Source: Chrysomallon squamiferum (Eukaryota > Animalia > Mollusca). Taken from it: a stretch of DNA of 64,000 bases. A program made the position numbers and the translations under genes. The notes beneath the pieces were generated by a model that did not search any database, was not told the DNA's origin, and saw only the letters and a program-made list of their open reading frames with translations. This document shows, one piece after another, positions 27,501 to 40,773 of this stretch. Each line of letters begins with the position of its first letter. The first letter of the stretch is position 1. The stretch spans positions 35,216,001 through 35,280,000 of the forward strand of contig CM022665.1 in assembly GCA_012295275.1 (NCBI GenBank), in the 5' to 3' direction.

Positions 27501-30023
27501 AAAATTAGCTTCATTTTTGTAATGTGAATATGACATCAAATAATGTAAATTATTCTGCACTGATAAATATATTTGTGTTACCTCATAATATTAAAGCAGA
27601 TTTTTTGAAATGTTAACAGCTAAACACAACATTGTGGTGTCTCACTGCAAGCTACATAATGATGCCAGCTGTGATATATCCCAGGATGGAACATTCCTAG
27701 CAACATTTGTACCTAGTCACAGAGGATTTCCAGATGATAACATTCTGGCTGTGTACTCTCTACACCCAGACACATTTGGGCAGTGCATGTTCACAAAGAG
27801 TTTTGGTAAGTGTTAGTTTTCTTTCCAGCTTAGAGAAGTATAAAAATAATTTTTAAAAATCAATATCTGCATTAAAAAAGAAAATTAATTTTAAAGTTAT
27901 ATCTGTTATAAAATGTGAAAAATAGTGTTACTAATAAATAATTGAAACAGGTTTTATAATTTTAAAAAATTATATAAAAAATAATATTAATTGTAATAAA
28001 AAATATATTTCTAAATTTGTTTTTTTTTAAAATAGAGATAAGTTAATTTTTTAGTGTAATTTTTAAATATTTCTATATGTATTTGAATTTATAGGTCCCA
28101 ATGCAATATCAGTTAGTATTTCACCACACAATCAGTGTGTGATGGTTGGACTTGCCTCTAAGAGGTTGTCATGGGTCTTCACTTCAAATCAGGTAACTAA
28201 AATTATTTGTTGTCTTTTGCTGAAATTAACAGATACCAATTTCTTTGTTTATGTCAGAATTTGCTGAATGAGGATTTATTTTTACAAACACTACTGATAT
28301 AATTGTTTTTTTTTTCTTTTTATTTTGTGTCTCTAAGTGTAAGTTATAATTATTTGAAATTTTAACTACTGAATATAATCCATGGTTAATGAAAAATATA
28401 GTTAAAATATTTACACTGATTGAGATTCTAGTGAATATTTAAAAATTATAATGAAAACTTTTAAACAAATATTTCAGCTTGTTGCTCAAGTTTATAAATT
28501 GGCTGAGAAAAATGCTGGAGAAAATTCCATGAAGGTATTCATAATTGTATTTTTATTATTCAGTGTGACTTTAGCTGTGTGTGTACATCATTAGCTTCAG
28601 AAGTAGCTGTAACCTGTTGTCCATCTTTCTTTATTTCCCACATTTTTTGTCTTTTCTTTCCTCTTGTAATTAGAGTTTTTAAAAAAAACTACTTTTTTGG
28701 ATTTAAAATTACAAAGTAGTCAACGTACATTTTAGTTGTTGTCAGCCACATAGTTGTTTATCTCCAAAATTCTGAAGAATTAATCTTCTCTACATTCAAC
28801 TTCTGCACATTTGTAGATTTAATCAAACTGATCAGATATTTTTCAGGTTTTTACTTTAGATATCATGTGTTTTTGGTTTATAAATTATCAGAGAGAGTGT
28901 GAATGCAGTGATATTGGAATTAATTTGTCTTATAATAATTTTTTCCTGGTTTTTTATTCTGGGTAACTTTAACACATGAGACTATTTTTTTTACTCTGAC
29001 TAGTAAAGTTAATCTAGTTATATTTAGTTTATTGAGAATTTATCATCAAAATAATTAGCAAATTCAATTTTAAAAAAAACAACAACTTTCATTTCAGCAT
29101 TTATGTGATGTTTTTCATCCCTGTGACACAGATGTACGGACACATGTAAGCATTAACTCAGCCCGGTGGCTGCGCAGTCCAGGTGAAGGTCTTGCATATG
29201 GCACTAACAGAGGTGACCTCCACATCTGTAGACCAGGGTAAATTTGTACATGAAGTTTGTTTAGGCCATTGATATAAGAATCTGTCCAGTTAATTTGTTC
29301 CATTGTTACATATATTGCTTTACCTGTCAAATTAGCAAACAACTATAACATTAAGATGGTCAGCTATATATATATATTTTTTTTTTTTTTTTAAACAATA
29401 ACTTATGCTGGAGTGATGAACATGTACTAACCACAAAATCTGTAATTTAATATTTCATTTTTTTCATGCTCAGATGAACACAGTATACAAAAATACTGAA
29501 TTTTAGTAGCTGTTTAAAAAGAAAAGAAAAAAGAAATACACTACAGGTTAATTCTGTTATGGTTCGTCAGGTATAAATACAATATTGAATTCACTTATGA
29601 CATATTCATTATTCAGTAATTACCAAAGAAAAGGTCCACTTGACCATTTCACATCACTTCTGAAGAGCAATATCTGTTAAATCCCTTACATGGAAGAAAC
29701 AAAATATTATTTTGAGAGACTACTTTACTAAGTGTTAAAAGTTTGAATTTCTGTTATTTCTTAAAACTAGTTAATGTAGCAGTCAGAACAACATATTTAG
29801 AGATCAAAACGAGTTATTGACGTTTATGTAAAGTTTACCATTCATTCATGGAATAAAATACAAAAACATAGTTTATGAAACAAGATTGTTATAAATTTTA
29901 TAAATATTACCAAATAATCTTAGAGTCTGAGATAAATAATTTAATTTAAATATAAAAGCATAAATGATTGTTAATGTGATAAATGTAGTGGTTTTTTGTG
30001 GGTTTTTTTTACTTACATATATA

Positions 30024-30071
<48 letters not shown>

Positions 30072-30416
30072 AATTGTTTTTTGGTGGGGGGGTTGTGTTT
30101 TTTTGCAAAAAATGAGAAGCAGTATCAAAGAATAAAGATATTAAAATACATAAGATAAAAAATAATATTCTTATTTTATTTTTCCAGTGTGAGAAAACAC
30201 ACAGGTCATGACCTAAGTGAAAATGCTGACAAAGATGGTAACAGGCTGTCAAACCAGAGAAATCTCATGACTGTTTTGGGAACTCGGGCTAATAACAGAA
30301 GTACAATTGCAACACAGACTATAAGTCGAAGCATACGCCGTACTGCAGAAACTCAGACAGACATACAGATGGATCAGCAGACAGATGAAGTTGATGATAA
30401 TGAGATTATAGTTTAA
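15504..30416 (+). CDS. AMBRA1: Activating molecule in BECN1-regulated autophagy 1 (split WD40 DCAF protein)
   Basis: Exons 15497-15626, 16001-16059 ([10 protein letters not shown]), 21934-22117 (ASTHGDH...[27 protein letters not shown]), 22473-22648, 22835-22933, 23269-23411, 23860-25596 (disordered insert), 25819-25909, 26241-26401, 26923-27033 (THRIQRWDF), 27620-27805 ([15 protein letters not shown]), 28095-28192 (GPNAISVS), 28478-28534, 29098-29237 ([17 protein letters not shown]), 30188-30416. An in-frame ATG at 14082 in the upstream exon is an alternative start. Confidence 0.93.
16294..17205. mobile_element. Probable non-autonomous DNA transposon relic (TAG...CTA ends, possibly Academ-like)
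   Basis: Imperfect terminal inverted repeat tagtggcagaca / tggctgcctcta. No TSD or coding remnant recognised. Confidence 0.3.
18180..18400 (+). repeat. Dispersed repeat copy 1 (also at ~32010-32510)
   Basis: Shared collinear blocks ttagatt..cttaaaatc.aca, ggaa(a)gtcatcttttt and caaatgtgtc...cctgtgcaccatcaca. Confidence 0.55.
19940..20225 (-). mobile_element. Possible highly decayed Tc1/mariner transposase fragment
   Basis: GC-elevated island in an AMBRA1 intron. Minus-strand [10 protein letters not shown] loosely resembles the Tc1 linker RxTTxxQDRxI. Weak. Confidence 0.25.
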
Positions 30417-30558
30417 TCTCAAAGTATTTATTAAATAACTCTTTGTGTTTGTTTTGTTTTGTTTTGTTTTTTTAAAAAAGACTGCATTTTAAAAACACAT
30501 GCCATAATATTTAAAAGTATTGTTACGTTACCCATTTAATTTGGGCTTTAGAAATGAG

Positions 30559-31122
30559 TGTACAGAGAAGAAAAAGAAAAGTTTAATGTGATTTAATGTA
30601 ATGTAAGAGGTTTTGTAATGTTGGTTTGGGTTAAAAATAGATTGTTAGCCAATCACAGAACAGACGGTAGATGGGTTTATATAAAAACAAAATATTTAAT
30701 TTTAAAAAAAACAAACATATTTATTGAAAAATTATTTTATGAAACCCATTTTGATTCCTCTGGTCAGGTTATATTATTATGAAGATCTTATTTTAATGAA
30801 TGTACAGAGGAGAAAAAGAAATGTTTAATGTGATTTAATGTCTTGTAAGATGTTTTGTCATTCTTTTTATTCAATTAAAATGTTAATTTGGGTTAAAAAA
30901 TAGATTGTTGAGTATGTCAGTCAGAGAATGGATAGGTTTATGGGCTTATATAAAAATAAATTTAAGGTAAAACAAATATTGTTAAAATTTAATTTTAAAA
31001 TAATTTTTTTAAATGTTTGAAAAAATGTCATCCCATTTCTTTAAGTCAGTAATTATAAATTATTTTATTAAACTTATTTTAATTCCTCTGGTCAGGTTAC
31101 ATTATTCTGAAAGTCTTATATT
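30559..31122 (+). repeat. Diverged tandem duplication (~240 and ~320 bp units) in the AMBRA1 3' UTR
   Basis: tgtacagag..aaaaagaaa.gtttaatgtgatttaatgt, tttgggttaaaaa(a)tagattgtt and attcctctggtcaggtta.attatt each occur twice in the same order. Confidence 0.8.
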
Positions 31123-32009
31123 ATTTCTATCATTGAAACACTAATGACTTATGATTAGAAATCGTTCTGTTATGTGCAGTCAAAATGTTGCTTTATCAGT
31201 GCAATTTTAGGATTTTTAAAATTAATTTCTATTGTTTTTTCATTTTGTATCGTTTAGGGCAGGAAAAATCCTGCAAAAAAGCTAACCGATAAATTATATA
31301 AATTACGAAATATATATTGACTGTATATCCCACCTTATACAAGGTTTAAAGGATATTGGCTATAATGACATTGTTACAAGGTAGAGAAAAGATACTTTCT
31401 GGTTCAGTTCTATGAGAAAAATATTTTTTTACAGTCTGCAGGTTACAGATTAAAGAGGTGGTTGTAGATTTACCATATGAAGATATGCTCAGGATAATAC
31501 AATTTTTTTTGGAATTGTAGAACCTGTAGAATCCAGAAAAAATAACAGCTAAGAAAAGATATATTTAAAAAAGTTTGCAAAAATAACCGATACATTTTTA
31601 AAAATATTTTTAAAAGCCTTAATAAATTTTTTGTATCCAGTGCTTGAAACATAATGTTGGTCTTAAATGTTATAATCTTGCCATGCATTTTTTATAATTT
31701 AAGTTTTGTGTAGCTTGATCTTAATTGCATTTAAAAAAAAAAAAAAAAATTTAAACAATGACAACAAAACATACATTACAAATTAATGTTTATATTTTCA
31801 AAATATGTAAACTTTGTGCAAGTTTAATTTGTGATAATAAAACAGTTTGCCTATTTTTTTTGGTCTTGTCTTGTTTATCATTCATAAAACTTCAAGCACA
31901 AATAATGGTAATCATTGTATGGATTTGCTGGTGTTTTGTTATTTTGGTCACAAATGCATCAGAGATCACAAGTAATGGATAAAGTCACAGCAAGTTTTGA
32001 TGCTACAAA

Positions 32010-32510
32010 ACAAAACCTTCACTAACATAAAAAATACCTATTTTTAGATTTGCTTTTTATTTTCTCCATCTTAAAATCCACATAATTCTGAAGTATTATG
32101 CAATAGCGTGCAACTTCTTTTACTTTGTTTATCCATTTTTGTGTGGGAAGTCATCTTTTTGGTAGTAAAACAGATGAACAACATTTTAACCTGGTTCAAT
32201 TTGTTTTATAAGAATTAAGTATTTAAAACGAATAGTTTCTTTTCTTCTATGAGTCACACTGGTTATTTTGATATCTAACACCTGCTTCACACAATTATGG
32301 ATCTCTAGTTTACAGTTATTAAAATGTTAACTTCGATGCTCATTTTCTGCAAATGAGATAGTCTATGTACATTTCAAAACTTACATAATTTAGACAAACA
32401 AAAAAAAATTGTGGCATTTGTATCCTTTTTTTTTCATTTAGCCAAGTAATAACATAATTCTGACAAATGTGTCCATTATTCATGATTTTCCTGTGCACCA
32501 TCACAATTAA
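32010..32510 (+). repeat. Dispersed repeat copy 2 (related to 18180-18400, with ~290 bp extra internal sequence)
   Basis: Same collinear blocks as copy 1. Confidence 0.55.
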
Positions 32511-33215
32511 GCTTTAAGCTGGTTCATAATTTGGTGAAGAAAAAAAGAAAAAATGCTGATCTTTACATTTATGACTTCAGTTTTTGAGTTAAAGAATGTT
32601 GAAATAACATTAAAATGATGAAAAAAACTATACTAGTAACCTATCAGGATAGATAAATAATACATTACACTGAATTCTGTCTGAAGGACATTGTTTGGTA
32701 CAGTTAATTAAAATGATAGACACGCATATGAATTGCTTATCACCTTTGATTTAAAAAACAACTACAAAAGAAACAAACAGAAAACAATATTTAATTCCTG
32801 TTACAGTGTTAGTGTTATGACCAATTATCGTATGAAGGGGAATTCCCTATCATTCCTATGGCATTTCATAATTTTTATTTTTGGAAAGATGATAGATAAT
32901 GTAATGACTATGACTACTTCATTTATATTTTAAAAATGAAATATATTTATGTATTTCCTGTGCTAAATGTTGAAGCCTGCAGATTTAAACAAAAGTAACA
33001 ATAATGAAATTTTACACTAACCGCTGTTGCTATATTGATCGGTGCTCCTAACCATAGGTTGTAAATAACAGCTATGGAACAAAAGCAAAATGGACGTATT
33101 CTAGGAAATTGAGATTTTCAGAAAACAAGAAACGTTTAATTTATACATTTGCCCTCACAGTACTAAAACACCGAATGTTCTTAACCGTATCAACAGAACA
33201 CATTTTATACTGATT

Positions 33216-35576
33216 ATGTCCAAAAGTTACGAAACAGTTTTGAAATCTGCCCTAGCAAAGGTTTGTATACTCTTTCTAATTAAGCATTTATCATTATTAT
33301 TGTCTTTTTTAATTACGAGCTTCATATGATGTATCCGGATGTTAAATATTGAGTTTGTGATCATTCACTCAATAAATGTGTGTTAAACTTAAAGCAGTCA
33401 AATGGCCACAGATGTTGAACAGTACAAAAATGTAACTTCTTGTTCATACAGTTAATAGTTATTAATAGAATTATATTTTTGCCCAACTTCCTTTATAAAA
33501 TAACACAGATGAATTTAAATATCATATTTTATATATACAATACGATAGTTTTTTGTTTTGTTCCTTATATTATGATTTCTTTGTTTTGATTTAATAAACA
33601 TTTTATTATTATTAAAAATGTTTTCAGTATCGAATGATTTTGTTTTTCAGTATGAAATGATTTTGTTTTCAGCCATATGCATTTCAGTTCTGCTATTATA
33701 AAAGACTATTACTATTAGTATAGGTTGCTATCAAGCAACATTTAATTATTAATAGTACAGATCAAGTAGTACCTACATGCTGTATATCACAAGGTTATGT
33801 GTTCACTGGAAGGGTGGTTATCTAATATGTTAAACAATATTTTAATGGCCCTATCTGATATTTTGCACTAATTTTGCCAAAATTATTGATTTGTTGAATT
33901 GTAGGATGGTCTCCATCAGTTTATGAATATTAAAATTCTTTTTGATCAAATTTATATATATATGTGTGTGTCTCCTGGCACTAGTGTCTTTGGAAGATTT
34001 ACTAAATATTTGTAAGTGCCCATGCTAACAATTCTTAAAGATCTAGTGCGTGCTTGCTCAGGGTGGCGATTAAGGGGATCACAACAGTTTTTCTGCAATG
34101 TTGAAAATTTGATGAAAAGTTCTTGTTCATGATACTCTTGATGTCCCGTGTTTTGATCCCACTTCAAAGAGTGAGGAGTTCGACTTCCTCAGTTTTCCAT
34201 ACACTACGCAACAACTCCTTTTTGATATGATGGTGTTGATAACACACATTTTCAGGAGAGTTAAAGTTGCAGTTAGCCCTGGAAGAAATAAGGATTTTCA
34301 GTATTGGCCTGCACCTTCAATTCAGTAGAACAAAGTCAGTGCTTTCCTAAATAAAATTACTTAATAGGTTTTATGAAATAAAAATATTGTTTATATATCA
34401 ACATCTGACATTGTGTCCAACTTAAAAAGCTTCAGATTGTCAAAGAAATGCAGATGAAGAAACTTCTTTGTCTTAAACTTCTAATTGCCATGTGCTCAAT
34501 GGGGATTGCACCAGGGGATCTAAAGGAGTTCCTGGCCTGCCTGAAGCATCACTTCCTGTTAACCCTTTGAGCCTGATTGTGTAGAACATGTCATGCCATT
34601 TGGAATCTTTTCATATCCTTCAGGCATTCCTTCAGATATGTCAGGTGGGTTTGAACTCCAAAGATGAGTTTTTAGTCTCAGAGAAAATGTACATTGTAAT
34701 GCATTGTATCAATCATCCATGCAGGTATGCATTTTTTTAAATCTCTATTATGGCTAAACAAAAAATATTATACCCAGGAAACTTTTATATGTGAACTTTA
34801 TGCATACATGTAGGCCTACAATGTCTTGCTCGATGATCAAGAGAGATGGTGATCCCTAGCATCCAGAATTGATCATTCAGGTTTTAGTTAATCAGATGTT
34901 AATGGCTGAAAAGGTGTTATTTTCATGTATGTGCATTTTTTAAATCTATATTGTGGCTAAACAAAAAATATTACACCCAGGAAACTTTTATATGTTTTAG
35001 TTAACATGTGGGAGATTAAATTTTAATAAAGGTCATCTCAAGATCACGTGATCCACACGGTCAATTTCAAGGTCATAGCAAAGGTCAAAAGGTCAAGGTA
35101 CTCCAATATTTTCCAAACTAAACAAAAATGGCAGATTTGGAATCCTTGTCATTTTGCCTTTCTAACAATACTGAAGATTGGCCCAGTAGTTCCTGAGATA
35201 TGAGGGTTCTAAGGTTGGTGGTCACACCCATTTTTGGCAAAAAACCTGAGACGGTCGGGTTTAAACCATTGGGTGATTTGACACAGAATGACCCGTATAT
35301 TTTTTTTTTTAGAAATGTATGTTTCTATCTTACCTAAGAGAATGTTCACTGAAATATGTAATAAAGTAATATTTTTATGCATGTCAGTACAAATTCAAGG
35401 GTAGCGAAAGTTTTTTTTATTTTAATAGTATAAAAATCCTGAAGTCACCCGACGAGAAGTTATATATGTCTTGTCAAGATATCCAGACTTGAAACCACAG
35501 AATAGTTCTTTTGGTGAGTTTAATTTGTTGTTTTATTGTGTATTTATCTATTTTTACAAATGTTTGCAATGCAAAA

Positions 35577-35620
<44 letters not shown>

Positions 35621-38600
35621 GTTTGCATTTATTTTTTGTCTATGTCACTTCACTCCCTTCTCTACCCCAAATATAAAAGAAAATGAAATACTGTTTTTCT
35701 TAGTTTTAGTTTTGAATAAAAGTCCAAGAGCATTGTCTGTAACAAAAATCGGAATATAATAAAGTTAAATTTAATTATATACAAAAAACAGTTAGGAACA
35801 AAGAATTGTAAAGGAATTTTTAACTGATTTTTTAACTTGTAAATCTATTTTGATGTTTATTTTACAAAGAACTGGTTTTATTATATTTCAGTTTTTAATG
35901 ATGGAACAGAAAAACAGCTATTAAATTTAGAAGGAACTATCCCAGTACCATACAAAGGTAAACATTTGAACTATATAGTGTATTACTGATATCAGTTCAA
36001 TTAAAAACATTTTGTTTTCTAAAATTTGATCAAAACACTATAGAAAAATCTATAGCACAGTTTGGAGACAACTACTGTAAAACTAAACATAGAAAATGTA
36101 AATACATTTCAATTATTTATTTATTTATTTATGTATTATTAATATTTGTGGCAGTTTGTTACTTAACCACATTAATGGTCTAGGCTTGTGAATTGTTTAC
36201 ATCTTTCAAATTATCATTCATTATTAATATTTAAAATAAAGCATTTATAAATTTATGTTTCTTGTCATAGGTAATAGTTACAACATTCCAGTATGTATCT
36301 GGATTCTGGACACACATCCATTCAATCCGCCAATGGCATATGTGAAACCAACACCAGTGATGCAGATAAAACCTAATAGATATGTTGATGCCAATGGAAA
36401 GGTTGATTTGCCCTATCTCAGAGAATGGAAACATGTAAGTTTAGATATATATTTTTTTTAAATGTGTTGTAATTTTTATTAAGGAATCAGCTGTTTTGTT
36501 TTATGACTACTGATGTTTAATGAGTAAATTACAGCAACCAAATGTCTTGAAAGAATACAATTGTTTTGTCCGTTTTTTCACTGTCTAAGCTATGTTTTAA
36601 AAAAACCACCAAAATAAATATAAATATATTAATAAAAAATACTGGGATTTTTATTTATTTATTTTTAGTACTGCTAAAACTGTCCTTTAAATACAAGGTG
36701 GAGAAAAAATCTAGATAGAGACTACCATCACTTCTGTAACAGATATTTGTGTATAATTTGGTAATATTTATTTTAAATCTGTTTCTTATTACTGCTGGTG
36801 ACAAAATATAATGGATATCTAACCATTCTTTTTTCTTTTTAATTTTTAATTTTGTGTATATAATTTTTTAATTTCTTGTAAGTTATATTCTTTATATTTT
36901 TTCCTTTTTTAAAATTTTATTTTCTTATCAGGGGGAATCAGATTTATACACAATGATCCAGATTTTGACAGTGAATTTTAGTGAGGAATGTCCTGTGTTT
37001 TCACGTGTAGCACCTCCTCGGCCACCAGTCCCTTACCCTACATCTGGTCACCCAGGACCTGTCCCTGGACAGCCGCCCTACCCTACTGGACATTGTGAGT
37101 ATCTTATAATACATTTTTTGGTTTTATTTCACCAGTGCTGACATCATGATTTTACTTTATTTCTGTTCTGTATTGAAGTTACCAATTTCTAAGATTGTGA
37201 TATTAAACATTATTTTTGATTCTAGGAACTGTAGATATCAAGGATTACTTTTATTTTTTATTTCCTTTAATGAGACAAATAAGTTTTAAATTTGTCTGTG
37301 GGGAAAAAATAAATCTTATCTACAATTAGTGACTATTTTTAAATAGAGTCTTTTATCAGTAATTTTAAAAATGTATTATAATAAAGCATATATTTATGTT
37401 ATTCCATTTATTCTTAAAAATAAATTTGTTGTAATAATGTTTTAAAAGTAAACTCCTATTTCTTCAGTGGGGATGCCATTATCAGGAGCCAATCCAGGAT
37501 ACCCAAATTATCCTGGAGGGATTCCTCCATACCCAAGTACAGTTGGAGGTGGAGGTTCAACAGGTGTGCAACCTCCATCATATGCCCCTTACCCAAGTCA
37601 GAATTTTGGAGGATATTCCTCACCATATCCAAGCCAGCCAAATGCATACAGTAGCAGTCATGGAAGTCAGCCCACTCCTTATCCACCAGCATACCCATAT
37701 GGAAGTAATCCACCATACCCAGCAGCTACAACCTACCCTGGTGCCACACCCACAGGTAAGCACTAATTTTTTTTACTGAAATTTGTATTAAATAAACATT
37801 TTTCTTTAAAAATAATATATATATATATATATATATATAAAATAATAATAATAATAATAACTTTTAAAAGAAATTAGTATAAATGTTTTTATTCTCCAGT
37901 TTTACAAAGTAATAAACAACACATTTTTGTGGTAAATAATTACTTTACTTTTACAAATTACAGTGACCAGTGCAGTACAGTCACAGCCAGGATCAACTGG
38001 CACAGTAACTGAAGCACATATTAAAGCATCATTATTGTCTGCAGTCGAAGACAAAATAAAGAGAAGACTGAAAGAAACATTTGCACAGGCACAAGTAAGA
38101 AAACTTCTTTTTTCATTATTTTAGCTATTCAATAAATTTTTAAGTAATCTTTAAACTGATGCAGTTTATATATGTGTTATGGTATGAGAAAAGCTGTCAG
38201 AAGTCACACCCTACTAATTAGAGATACTGGTTAAATAACATCAAAATGGTCAAAGTCGAAATTTTGTTTTTGACCAAACTACATTCTAACACTGTTTAAC
38301 TTTATTAAGATGTTGTTTTTTTAAACTGAGTTTTATCATATGTTTTGCAAGCCCTTAGTCAAAACTATTTACTGTAAAGAAAATGAAAATGTACTACTTC
38401 ATTTCTGTCAGATATCTCTGAAAATCAATGTGAATCCTACATTGAATAAATTGAAAGCACATTCTTTGTGCATCACCTAAATATCTTTACACAGTATTTT
38501 CTCAGAATCACATTTCTCAAAATGTACTTTTTCTTTTGGTAATAAATTGTACAGAATGTGTTAATGATTTATGAATAATATCAAAAGTCATAAATTGTTT

Positions 38601-40773
38601 ACGTTTATAGATGAATAAACATCTTTATTTGTAGTATTTCTTGGTCCATTAATATTTGCACATATCAAGTACTTAAGAGAACAACCGTTATATGTCAGTT
38701 TTTCAAATTTAAAGATTTTGAACCAATCTGTAAAATCAGGTTCTTTGTCAATCAAGAAGATTATAGTACTGTCTTTTGTCATGTGTTAGTTAAAATAATT
38801 CAGTAAGATTTCACTGCAGTAAACACATTCACCAGCAGTCTTAGTGTTTGGGTGGAGTTTACTAAATTCTTGGCATGTATTTCACACAAACACTGTATTG
38901 TTCTGTTTAATTTATAGGCTGAGATGGATGTTTTGAGGAAAACACAGACAGATCTTGTAGCTGGAAAGGAAAAGCTGGAGAAAATGATTTCAGATTTAGA
39001 AAAAGAAAAGGTATATTTTCATCTCTATTATATATAGAGATATATAAGTTGTACTGGTAAGTGAACTTAATCATATTTATTGGTGTGGATTAGTCAGTGT
39101 TCTAGATTATAGAGTCAGCAGTTATAAATAACTATAAGAGAAGTACATTTAAAACTGAATTGTATTAAGATAACTGTTGTCTCATTAATCCAGTGATTAA
39201 GTAACAGTGTGTACTAAGATAATGATTTAAAGATTGTATGTCCAGGACTAGCTACTGATGCAGTCTAAAATTTATTTTACAGTAATCAAATTACAAATTA
39301 TGAATCGGTTCAAATAACATGTTATTTATTGTTGTATTACAGATTGATGTTGAGCGGAACATACAGTTACTGAGAAAGAAAGATGAGGAAGTCAAAGAGG
39401 CAGTGACCAAACTGGAAAACAGTGGACAGTTAGATATTGACGATGCTGTCGTGACAACTACACCTTTATACAGACAGTTTGTACACCTTATTTTCATTTT
39501 GTTATGCGACTGTCTGACAGTAATTTGTGTTGTTAGATAGGATTTACTTGATATTAACCAGTGGATTAGTCCAAAGATAAAAAATGTTGAATGAATAACA
39601 CTGTAATTCACCAGCTTTTTTTGTTAGAAATGGTAATTGCTGGCGATTGCTGATTAACATGTGTTGGTTATCAGTGCAGTATATACCTTCTTACATTGAT
39701 TAATATGACAGTAGTTAATATAAGTATCCAAAAGATACTGCATAGATTTTTAAAATTTATTATATTGACAATTGGGAAAAAATACTATTACAATAACTGA
39801 TATTTCTACATGACTGCACAAAATGTATTCAGCCTAATAGCTGAATGACAGAAATTAGTTATTTGTGAATCTAAGCATCTGATTATTTTAATACTTTTAT
39901 TATAAAACATTAAAATAAGTAAGTTAAAAAACCCCAAATAATCCAGAACAGCAGTAACCTATGATGAACATAACAGGTAATAATAAAGAAGAGGAGAAAA
40001 ATGTTATTTTTTATATCTTTCTTTAATTAATATTTGGTAATTTTATTTTAATGTTCCATATATTCAATACTATTTGAAGATATTTAGTGTTGAGATTATT
40101 TTTGAATATTGTATCTTTTTAAATCTTACCTTTCAGACTTTTAAATTCATTTGCTGAGGAGCAGGCTATTGAAGATGCCATTTATTATTTAGGTGAAGCC
40201 ATTAGGAAAAATGTGATAGATTTAGATGTCTTCCTGAAGGTATGTTTTTAATCAATCATTATTAGTGATTAATCTGAAATGTTTTAAGCTATTTTTAAGA
40301 AAACACCACAAGACCAAAATAATCTTTTTAATTGAATCTGGATGAGAAAATCTTGATTAGTCACCGAATTTCATTGTTTTCTCACCATTGATATTAATTA
40401 AAATATTATGGATATTGCAGCAACATATTATTACTTTCTTTTTTACCAAATACGTTATATATTTATTTTTCAAAACACCTTTGTCATTTATTTTTTTCAA
40501 GTTAGGTTTACCTTTAAACTCACTGATAATTTTAGTTTTCATTGTTACTTTGATATTTAGTAATCTATAAAATTCTTCAAATCATAAAAATGTTTATTGA
40601 TTTTAATAATTCTTTCTGTGTTTTGTAAGTCTTTTAAAAGATGTGTTTAATGTAAAAAAAAATTACTGAATTTCTTTTCACAGCAAGTTCGAGAATTATC
40701 ACGGCGACAGTTCCTGTTAAGAGCGTTGATACAAAAATGTCGAGCAAAAGCAGGACTACCACCACTGGTTTAA
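33216..40773 (+). CDS. TSG101: Tumor susceptibility gene 101 protein (ESCRT-I; UEV, Pro-rich, coiled coil, steadiness box)
   Basis: Exons 33216-33260 (MSKSYETVLKSALAK), 35429-35513, 35892-35957 (LNLEGTIPVPYKG), 36271-36434 (YNIPVCIWILDTHPFNPP..VDANGKVDLPYLREW), 36932-37094, 37468-37755, 37963-38094 (IKASLLSAVEDK), 38918-39010, 39343-39476, 40137-40239 (AEEQAIEDAIYYLGEA), 40684-40773 (VRELSRRQFLLRALIQKCR, TAA). Confidence 0.96.
33969..35294 (-). mobile_element. Truncated second copy of the Sola2-type element in TSG101 intron 1
   Basis: Reverse complement of 7786-9521 with internal deletions (~115 bp in the TIR and ~293 bp matching 8846-9138). One terminus GAATGACCC at 35294. The 71-aa remnant ORF 33952-34167 is nearly identical to 9323-9538. 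Confidence 0.9.
35579..35619. repeat. (TG)n microsatellite
   Basis: About 20 TG units. Confidence 0.9.

Noticed and set aside
33402-33431. ATG...MATDVEQYKN|GTAACT as TSG101 exon 1
   Set aside because: 33216-33260 (MSKSYETVLKSALAK) matches the known TSG101 N-terminus and exon size much better
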